Shown: positions 9,259 through 15,448 of the stretch, piece by piece
How positions within the stretch are numbered: the first letter of the stretch is position 1
How the letters are laid out: every line of letters begins with the position of its first letter
IMG/VR virus record: IMGVR_UViG_3300029305_005443
Span: 79,915-143,914 of that record
Source: a virus
Lineage: Duplodnaviria > Caudoviricetes
Strand: one strand, 5' to 3'
DNA length: 64,000 nt
Translations under genes and position numbers: made by a program
Notes under the pieces: generated by a model
Seen by the model: the letters and a program-made list of their open reading frames with translations, nothing else
What the model was told of the DNA's origin: nothing
The model's database searches: none

Positions 9259-10290
9259 ATGTCCATTAAAAATAAAATAATTTTATCCGTTGTTATTGTT
9301 GCACTTGTTGCAGGATTTATGCTTTCTGGTATTCTAATCGGAAGGTCCTGCTCAAATACAACAAGAGAACATCCAGATATTGAAATAGAAGAAACAACTG
9401 AAATCCCAACTGGTTCAGAATATGAAACTACCGAAGAGCCTACGACAGTATGGAGCGATGGAACAACTGAGGCAGACATTCCTGTTGAACCAGTAACCGG
9501 TATAATTGAGATTGACCCGTCTGCTGCAAAGACAATGTATACTATTACGAATGTGAATGTACGCATGGGCCCGAGCTTGGACGATATGATTGTTACAACT
9601 CTCTATACAGGAAAAGACATCCAAGTTTGCGAAATTGGAAATGATGAGTGGGCCATTGTAATCTTAGACGAGCAATACTATTACATCAATAAAAACTTTA
9701 TTTCTGATACTCCGCCCGCAACGGAACCACCTGCGACTATGGCGCCGACAGCTACCCCTACACAACCATCGGCGACACCGACACCTTCTACACCAGTCAA
9801 CAAAACAGATGCCTTCCATTATTATGGGATTTATACAAGTCAGTACTGGCATTTTACCCCTGAGCAGATCGACGCCCAGTGGGCCGGTTATAAAAGTTAT
9901 AAGCCCGCTCTGCCTAACGGCACAACTCGTGCTTGGCAAGCCTATTTGTATCAGAAATTAAGCGAGCGCGGTTATGGTTGGTGGTATACTTATGCGTGCG
10001 CACAAGCTATGCAAGAGTCTGGATTTAATCCGTTAGCTGATAATGGAGTTGATTATGGACTTTTCTCATTCCGTTTACGCTTTTGGGATAATTCCTATGG
10101 CAGTGTTTACGATTATAAAGCAAACATCAATGCCTATGTAGATCGGATTAGTAAACATCTTATTGGTGTAACAACCGATAGAGATATTTATATGGCTCTG
10201 TCGCAGCATTATCTGCCTGATGGACAGCTTCATATGAACTATGTTAATGCTGTGTTGGCGCGGCTTAACGAACTTTGGATTTGTGACTAA
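9259..10290 (+). CDS. Membrane-anchored SH3b + lysozyme/lytic-transglycosylase-like protein
   Basis: N-terminal TM, Glu/Thr linker, SH3b (VNVRMGPS..WAIV..YYINKNFIS), Pro/Thr linker, AQAMQESGFNP..YGLF. Confidence 0.7.
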   Translation: MSIKNKIILSVVIVALVAGFMLSGILIGRSCSNTTREHPDIEIEETTEIPTGSEYETTEEPTTVWSDGTTEADIPVEPVTGIIEIDPSAAKTMYTITNVNVRMGPSLDDMIVTTLYTGKDIQVCEIGNDEWAIVILDEQYYYINKNFISDTPPATEPPATMAPTATPTQPSATPTPSTPVNKTDAFHYYGIYTSQYWHFTPEQIDAQWAGYKSYKPALPNGTTRAWQAYLYQKLSERGYGWWYTYACAQAMQESGFNPLADNGVDYGLFSFRLRFWDNSYGSVYDYKANINAYVDRISKHLIGVTTDRDIYMALSQHYLPDGQLHMNYVNAVLARLNELWICD

Positions 10291-10291
10291 T

Positions 10292-10486
10292 ATGAAAATC
10301 AGTAAAGTCAACTTTGCAAGAGAATACGAGTTTGAACTTCCGTCTGCTGTGGAAGTTCCAGATGAGTTAATCAAGAAATATGAAGGTTACCCAAATGAAC
10401 TTTTGCTCTATGTTTTATGCAAACTCATTTGTGAAAAACCAGATGAATTATTAAAAAGGCTTACACCAAATGACAGTAGTGTGTGA
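10292..10486 (+). CDS. Hypothetical protein
   Basis: ATG 10292 right after the upstream stop. Confidence 0.65.
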   Translation: MKISKVNFAREYEFELPSAVEVPDELIKKYEGYPNELLLYVLCKLICEKPDELLKRLTPNDSSV

Positions 10487-10652
10487 TGTGCAATAGTGCA
10501 AATATAATCAAGCCGGAAAATTCTGTACGTGCGATATTCTAATGATGTACGGTGGAGTTTGTAGTAAATTAGTTGATAAGCAAGGAAGGCAAAGGCCGCC
10601 TTAGGAATGGGTAAATTTGAATTACTCTCCAAATCAAAATAAAGAAGAGTGA
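10470..10652 (+). CDS. Cys-motif protein (CDVQQCKYN..C.C..C, DUF1540-like), two TAGs read as Gln
   Basis: Absent from the ORF track; open under code 15 with TAG 10494 and 10602; fills the gap before the next promoter. Confidence 0.65.
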
Positions 10653-10667
10653 TTTCATAAAAATTAT

Positions 10668-10696
10668 TTGACAAATAAGGTTTATTGTTGTATTAT
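10668..10696 (+). promoter_or_regulatory. sigmaA-type promoter
   Basis: TTGACA-17nt-TATTAT. Confidence 0.7.
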
Positions 10697-10732
10697 AATT
10701 CACATGGGAAATAAAACAAAGGAGGATATAAA

Positions 10733-11071
10733 ATGTTCCCGTTGGAAAAATATAAGTATTATGTTGACGAAGAAGCCAGAACCGTTGTTGCTGTGCAAAC
10801 TTTTGCCAAAAAGAAGTACCGTGGCATTGCCAAGTGCTCAAAAGAAGATGTGTTTGATGTAGAAAAGGGAAAGAAAATTGCAGCGTTAAAGTGCAATAAG
10901 AAAATCACTCAGGCACGGTTTGATTATGCTAAACTCAGATATGATGCTATTAGTCACTTTATTGAATCTGCAAAGGAAGATTTTAAGAAGTGGAGTGATT
11001 ATCTGGTTATTTCTTATAAAGAGTATAATGAAGCTCTTGTAGAACTAGATAGAGTTTTGAAGGGTGAGTAA
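10733..11071 (+). CDS. Conserved phage protein (GIAKCSKEDVFDVEKGKKIA motif)
   Basis: AAGGAGG RBS; motif. Confidence 0.8.
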   Translation: MFPLEKYKYYVDEEARTVVAVQTFAKKKYRGIAKCSKEDVFDVEKGKKIAALKCNKKITQARFDYAKLRYDAISHFIESAKEDFKKWSDYLVISYKEYNEALVELDRVLKGE

Positions 11072-11073
11072 TT

Positions 11074-11496
11074 ATGTCTTGCATTAAGCTCAAAGTTAAA
11101 GACAAATCAATTTATTTTGGTGAAAATTCAGGGTTTTTTGGGTCAACTAGAATTCCAGGTAATATTATGGACAGATTAAATACTAATATTGAGAAAGAAA
11201 ATAATAACCATATTATAACTATTAATTTGTGTGATGATTATGGAATTATTGATGAATATATTAATCCATCGAGTGAAACTTTTAACTTGAGCTATGATAC
11301 ATTAATCTCCATCCTTAATCACATTGGCCAAGTTCTTTATGCACCTTTTAAACACCTTAATTCAAAAACAAGTTCAATTTCAGAAGAAATTAATTTGATT
11401 AGAAACATTAGAACTAATTTTAACATTTTATCTTGGTTAGTTAAATATTTTGAACTTAATAAAAATGATGAAGTAAATATTACATATAATTGTTGA
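11074..11496 (+). CDS. Hypothetical protein
   Basis: ORF track. Confidence 0.65.
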   Translation: MSCIKLKVKDKSIYFGENSGFFGSTRIPGNIMDRLNTNIEKENNNHIITINLCDDYGIIDEYINPSSETFNLSYDTLISILNHIGQVLYAPFKHLNSKTSSISEEINLIRNIRTNFNILSWLVKYFELNKNDEVNITYNC

Positions 11497-11521
11497 CAAA
11501 GCATAAATTATGTAATATAAT
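11493..11521 (+). promoter_or_regulatory. Consensus sigmaA promoter upstream of the suppressor tRNA / RNA ligase unit
   Basis: TTGACA-17nt-TATAAT. Confidence 0.8.
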
Positions 11522-11547
11522 AAAATTATAAATTAATGGGAATTTAG

Positions 11548-11718
11548 ATGACTGAAGTAAAATATAAAGTTGGTGACAAAACATTTTTAGAATATCCAGC
11601 TGCAAAGGAATATTCTTTACAAACTCACAATGAAATAAAAACAGAATACATTGAACATTGGAATTATAATTATAAAGAATATAATGAGGATATGATACAC
11701 ACGGCATCAAAAAATTAA
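11548..11718 (+). CDS. Hypothetical 56-aa protein
   Basis: MTEVKYKVGDKTFLEYPAAKEYS.., downstream of the promoter. Confidence 0.6.
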   Translation: MTEVKYKVGDKTFLEYPAAKEYSLQTHNEIKTEYIEHWNYNYKEYNEDMIHTASKN

Positions 11719-11834
11719 CCTCCTTTCTCAAAGATGCCCAAAAGAAATTTAACCAAGCATTTTCTCTGCTAAATTAAAAATTCATTTTTTGTTCCTTCTT
11801 GTCCTGCAGTTCTTTGTGCTTGTTTACATAATAT

Positions 11835-11922
11835 TCCCCCTTCGCCTAGTGGTAGGGCGCCGGTCTCTAAAACCGTTATACCTTTTGATGGGGTTGCCTG
11901 GGTTCAAATCCCAGAGGGGGTG
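11835..11922 (+). tRNA. Amber suppressor tRNA (anticodon CTA) with long variable arm
   Basis: Acceptor TCCCCCT/AGGGGGT-G, D arm GCCT-AGTGGTA-GGGC, anticodon arm CGGT-CTCTAAA-ACCG (CTA 11867-11869), T arm CTGGG-TTCAAAT-CCCAG. Confidence 0.9.
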
Positions 11923-11927
11923 TTCAA

Positions 11928-12001
11928 TGGGATGTAGCGCAGCAGGTTAGCGCGTCGGTCTTATAAACCGCAGGTCATGGGTTCGAGTCCCATCATCCCT
12001 A
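11928..12001 (+). tRNA. tRNA-Ile(TAT)
   Basis: Cloverleaf; anticodon arm CGGT-CTTATAA-ACCG; T arm ATGGG-TTCGAGT-CCCAT. Confidence 0.85.
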
Positions 12002-12003
12002 TT

Positions 12004-12073
12004 CAGAATCTTGGATGCAGTAGTTCTTATTAGAGAATGCTGCATATGCTCTAATTAAAACTCCGGGGTTCTG
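12004..12073 (+). ncRNA. Putative structured RNA element upstream of the RNA ligase
   Basis: 12-bp outer stem CAGAATCTTGGA/TCCGGGGTTCTG, inner TGCAGTA/TGCTGCA hairpin, possible ATTAGAG/CTCTAAT pairing. Confidence 0.45.
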
Positions 12074-12104
12074 TAGACAAATCAATTGGTAAAGGGTGCA
12101 AATT

Positions 12105-13325
12105 ATGCTGAATAAAAAGGGAGAAAGAGAGTTAGCATATCTTGTAAAAATAGATGACATTCAGCCAATTGTTGGCTCTGACAACTGCGAGTCCGCTGTT
12201 GTGGGGGCTTGGCATATTATGGTCAAAAAAGGTACATTTAGCGTTGGTGACGTTGCAATCTATTTTGAAATTGATTCTCTTCTTGATATTACTAAACCAG
12301 AGTTTGCTTTTATGGAGAAATATAAAGGCAAAGTAAAGACTCAGCGTTATACTTTCGGCGGTAAAGGAAACTTTATTAGTCAGGGTCTTTTGATGCACCC
12401 GAACGATTTTGGTTGGGTTACTATTATTGATGAGAATGAAATTCAGTATGGTGTTATGACCAATACAAGTAAGCCTGATAGAACCCTCGATAATGAATCG
12501 CGGTTTCTTACAGAACTTCTTGGTGTTAAATATTATGACCCCGCCGATGAACAGAGAAAAGGAACTGGCAAAAAGAAACAGCCTGCTATGCCTAAATTCT
12601 TCTATATGGGAATTGGAAGAAAGATGATGAGAGTAAAATGGCTTAAGCCTATTCTCATTAAGATTTTTGGGAAGAAAGTTAAAGTGACTCCCTGGCCTTA
12701 TTGGGTTGTAAAGACAGATGAGGAGAGGGTTCAGAATATCCCAGATATTATACACCAAGAAGATAAATGGATTGCCACAGAAAAAATTGATGGTTCTTCT
12801 TCTACTTATACTATGATTAGGCACGGTAAGAAATTTGAATTCTATATGTGTTCCAGAAATGTTGTCTTTACAAGTAAAGAAGATAAATGTTATTATGATT
12901 CCAACATTTATGTTGAAATTGCTTCAAAATATCCATTTGAAGAAACATTGAAGAAGTACCTTATCGAAAATAAAGATGTTGATTGGGTTACAATACAGGG
13001 AGAAATCTATGGACAAGGTGTTCAAAAAAGAGATTATTCTATCGACCACAAGGACTTCGTCGCCTTCAATCTAATTGACTCAAAGAGGGGAAGGTGGAAT
13101 TCTTGCGAGGCTAAAGAATGGCTTTCTCAATTTGGAATCCCGTTTGTCCCAATCCTTAATGACTCTTTTGAAATGCCGGATACAGTAGATGAACTTCTTG
13201 AATTCGTAAACGGAAATTCTGTGTTAGATGGAAAGCCAAGAGAAGGATTTGTTTTTAGAAGCAAAGACGGAATTAAGAGTTTCAAAGCTGTTAGTAATGA
13301 GTACCTTTTAAAATATCATTCATAA
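12105..13325 (+). CDS. ATP-dependent RNA ligase, DRB0094/Rnl2-like family
   Basis: N-terminal LAYLVKIDDIQPI..DVAIYFEIDSLL..SQGLL; nucleotidyltransferase motifs TEKIDGSS, QGEIYG, FVAFNL, REGFVFR, SFKAVSNEYLLK; no TAG. Confidence 0.9.
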   Translation: MLNKKGERELAYLVKIDDIQPIVGSDNCESAVVGAWHIMVKKGTFSVGDVAIYFEIDSLLDITKPEFAFMEKYKGKVKTQRYTFGGKGNFISQGLLMHPNDFGWVTIIDENEIQYGVMTNTSKPDRTLDNESRFLTELLGVKYYDPADEQRKGTGKKKQPAMPKFFYMGIGRKMMRVKWLKPILIKIFGKKVKVTPWPYWVVKTDEERVQNIPDIIHQEDKWIATEKIDGSSSTYTMIRHGKKFEFYMCSRNVVFTSKEDKCYYDSNIYVEIASKYPFEETLKKYLIENKDVDWVTIQGEIYGQGVQKRDYSIDHKDFVAFNLIDSKRGRWNSCEAKEWLSQFGIPFVPILNDSFEMPDTVDELLEFVNGNSVLDGKPREGFVFRSKDGIKSFKAVSNEYLLKYHS

Positions 13326-13363
13326 ATTTTTAGAGAGTTGAGGCGGTGGATATACTCTCGTTT

Positions 13364-13436
13364 GTGTCTGTGGCACAGTGGACAGCGCAACGGACTTCTA
13401 ATCCGTGGGTCGGGGGTTCGAATCCCTTCAGACACA
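13364..13436 (+). tRNA. tRNA-Arg(TCT)
   Basis: GTGTCTG/CAGACAC acceptor; ACGGA-CTTCTAA-TCCGT. Confidence 0.92.
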
Positions 13437-13459
13437 ATTACAATTATGAATAAGTTTGT

Positions 13460-13546
13460 GGAGAGATGCCGAAGTGGACATAACGGCAATGACTTGAAAT
13501 CATTTGTGTGAGAAATCACCCGAGGGTTCGAATCCCTCTCTCTCCG
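13460..13546 (+). tRNA. tRNA-Ser(TGA)
   Basis: GGAGAGA/TCTCTCC-G; AATGA-CTTGAAA-TCATT; long variable arm. Confidence 0.92.
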
Positions 13547-13593
13547 CTCGACGGGCTGTAAGCGTAGGATATTGATTATATCCGAGGCCCGTT

Positions 13594-13640
13594 AAGGCTC
13601 ATACAGCAAAAGTTCTTTTGAGGGATAAAAGACGAGCCTT
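13594..13640 (+). ncRNA. CAGCAA stem-loop RNA E1
   Basis: AAGGCTC-ATA-CAGCAA..inner hairpin..GAGCCTT. Confidence 0.7.
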
Positions 13641-13659
13641 GTTTATAGTAAAAGGTTTT

Positions 13660-13745
13660 GGAGAGGTACCCAAGTAGGTGAAGGGGTCAGTTTGCTAAAC
13701 TGATAGACCAGCAATGGTGCAAGAGTTCGAACCTCTTTCTCTCCG
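13660..13745 (+). tRNA. tRNA-Ser(GCT)
   Basis: GGAGAGG/TCTCTCC-G; TCAGT-TTGCTAA-ACTGA; long variable arm. Confidence 0.92.
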
Positions 13746-13747
13746 TT

Positions 13748-13812
13748 AAGGCTCCTGCAGCAACTAATTCATGCCAGTAGCGTTCTGTCATTGGTTCAAG
13801 TCCGATACCGAG
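13748..13812 (+). ncRNA. CAGCAA RNA E2, truncated, with T arm
   Basis: AAGGCTC-CTG-CAGCAA, then ATTGG-TTCAAGT-CCGAT nearly identical to the E6 T arm; no closing strand. Confidence 0.55.
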
Positions 13813-13817
13813 TATAG

Positions 13818-13890
13818 GGGGCTGTAGCTCAGTTGGGAGAGCGCCTGATCTGCAATCAGGAGGCAGTGGGTTCGAACCCCATCAGCTCCA
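13818..13890 (+). tRNA. tRNA-Ala(TGC)
   Basis: GGGGCTG/CAGCTCC-A with G3:U70; CCTGA-TCTGCAA-TCAGG (atypical C33). Confidence 0.9.
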
Positions 13891-13972
13891 CTCTTGCAAA
13901 GGGCATAAATAGGAATCATGCGTAGGATTTTTCTGTTGGTCTTTTGCAACGAAAGAAAAAAGACCGAACCAG

Positions 13973-14056
13973 GCATAGGTGATGGAACAGGTATACATAG
14001 AGGTCTTAAAAACCTCTGCCAGATATGGATTAAGGGTTCAAATCCCTTCCTATGCA
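13973..14056 (+). tRNA. tRNA-Leu(TAA)
   Basis: GCATAGG/CCTATGC-A; GAGGT-CTTAAAA-ACCTC. Confidence 0.92.
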
Positions 14057-14126
14057 CTTTGTTGAAAAACAAATGTTCTATAGAAACTGTTTAGGATTGA
14101 GGGTTCGAGTCCGACACGAAGCATCT

Positions 14127-14210
14127 GCGAAAGTGGTGGAATCGGCAGACGCATCAGACTCAAAATCTGACGATAGAAATATCGTGTGAGTTCAAGTCTC
14201 ACCTTTCGCA
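14127..14210 (+). tRNA. tRNA-Leu(CAA)
   Basis: GCGAAAG/CTTTCGC-A; TCAGA-CTCAAAA-TCTGA. Confidence 0.92.
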
Positions 14211-14229
14211 TAATTTATTAAAAAAGTTG

Positions 14230-14266
14230 TTGACAAATTTCTATTTTGTGATATATTGTATATAAT
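14230..14266 (+). promoter_or_regulatory. Promoter region (TTGACA plus TTGTATATAAT motif)
   Basis: TTGACA 14230, TG-N-TATATT at 16-nt spacing, overlapping TTGTATATAA 14256. Confidence 0.6.
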
Positions 14267-14294
14267 GAAACACAAATAAAGGAAGTAGTTAATA

Positions 14295-14402
14295 ATGTTT
14301 ACTTTATTTTTAATTTGTTCAATGATTATTTCTTCTAAATCCAGAAGCAAAGAAGAGATTCTTCTCGAAGATATTGAACAGTTGAAATCAATTCATAAAT
14401 AA
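14295..14402 (+). CDS. Putative 35-aa peptide with hydrophobic N-terminus
   Basis: AAGGAAG RBS, ATG..TAA. Confidence 0.45.
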   Translation: MFTLFLICSMIISSKSRSKEEILLEDIEQLKSIHK

Positions 14403-14406
14403 AATA

Positions 14407-14480
14407 CGGGGCGTGGCTCAACTTGGTAGAGCGCGCGGTTTGGGACCGTGAGGTTGTGGGTTCAAATCCCGCCGCCCCGA
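14407..14480 (+). tRNA. tRNA-Pro(TGG)
   Basis: CGGGGCG/CGCCCCG-A; CGCGG-TTTGGGA-CCGTG. Confidence 0.92.
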
Positions 14481-14481
14481 C

Positions 14482-15036
14482 TGGTATATGAGTTCATGGT
14501 AACACTCAGTATACCAAGTGCAAAGGTACCCCCACTTACGAAACGTACCTTAGAACAGGATAATGCAAGGGATAAACTGTTCAACACTTTTTTGTGGTGA
14601 TATTAAATGGACACCTCTGATAGCGACTAAAAACTGTAGCCAAGTGCAAGGTTCAACTCCTTGAATATCACCTTAGAGGTGTTATGAGCCCCAGTCGAAA
14701 AATCATAGGTAGATTCCTTCCTGAACAGAATAGCAAGCCGAGGCCCGGGCACGTCAAGACAGGGCTGGTTTGGGGATTGTACCACAAATCCTTCGCTGAG
14801 AACTCCGGCGTCCAATGAGTTTCAGCGGTGCCACCCCGCTTATGGCTGACTACCAAGGTGGTATATATTTACTTGGGACTTATAGGGTCTAGTCCCCCCA
14901 ACTTATGGTGAGACTTCCCACCTTAAGAGAAGCGCATCAGTTAAGGGATGCATAGCCTTAACAACAACCTATCCCCAATAAGCGATGAGCCGTAGGTTGG
15001 TTTAAGTGTTGTATAACGAAAAGGGATAAGACACAC
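14482..15036 (+). ncRNA. Candidate large structured ncRNA (or array of small ones) between tRNA-Pro and tRNA-Asn
   Basis: GC-rich, no credible ORF, about ten successive hairpins with GU pairs and a tRNA-like acceptor/T domain at 14596-14672. Confidence 0.6.
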
Positions 15037-15040
15037 ATAA

Positions 15041-15112
15041 TGCCCAGTAGCTCAATGGCAGAGCATCCGGCTGTTAACCGGAGGGTTGTAAGTTCGAGTC
15101 TTACCTGGGCAG
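15041..15112 (+). tRNA. tRNA-Asn(GTT)
   Basis: TGCCCAG/CTGGGCA-G; TCCGG-CTGTTAA-CCGGA. Confidence 0.92.
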
Positions 15113-15225
15113 TATCCCCGAAATAACTTTTGTGGTTTCATATTTCCGGGATATGTGCTTAATTATTTCAGTAGCAATAAAGGTAAGATAAGATTACCTC
15201 CTTTCTTTATCCGGAAACCACATTT

Positions 15226-15297
15226 GCCGCAATGGCTCAATGGCAGAGCAGCTCACTTGTAATGAGCAGGTTGATGGTTCGACTCCGTCTTGCGGCT
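15226..15297 (+). tRNA. tRNA-Thr(TGT)
   Basis: GCCGCAA/TTGCGGC-T; GCTCA-CTTGTAA-TGAGC. Confidence 0.92.
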
Positions 15298-15347
15298 TAG
15301 GCACTGACAGCATAATTTTTAGGACTGAAAATCTTAAGTTGTGCCTT
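15298..15347 (+). ncRNA. CAGCA stem-loop RNA E3 with Phe(GAA)-like anticodon loop
   Basis: TAGGCAC-TGA-CAGCAT..TTAGGA-CTGAAAA-TCTTAA..GTGCCTT. Confidence 0.7.
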
Positions 15348-15358
15348 GTTACTTTAAA

Positions 15359-15422
15359 AAGACGCTTGCAGCAATTACTTCTAAACATTTGAGTTGTAAT
15401 CAAAATTGGTTAATGGCGTCTT
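15359..15422 (+). ncRNA. CAGCAA stem-loop RNA E4 with Thr(TGT)-like anticodon loop
   Basis: AAGACGC-TTG-CAGCAA..TTTGA-GTTGTAA-TCAAA..GCGTCTT. Confidence 0.7.
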
Positions 15423-15448
15423 GGTGCGTATTTAGAAAGAGGTTTGAG

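Noticed and set aside
11835-11922. Pyrrolysine tRNA / TAG read as Pyl
   Set aside because: The tRNA has a long variable arm and standard D/T loops unlike tRNA-Pyl, no pyl genes are visible, and TAG aligns with Gln
13894-13968. Alternative hairpins (TTGCAAAGGGC/GTCTTTTGCAA versus GGTCTTTT/AAAAGACC) as a riboswitch
   Set aside because: No recognisable aptamer and the downstream feature is a tRNA; may be spacer structure
14072-14126. Additional tRNA at GGGTTCGAGTCC
   Set aside because: Only a weak T arm; no D or anticodon arm; at most a tRNA relic
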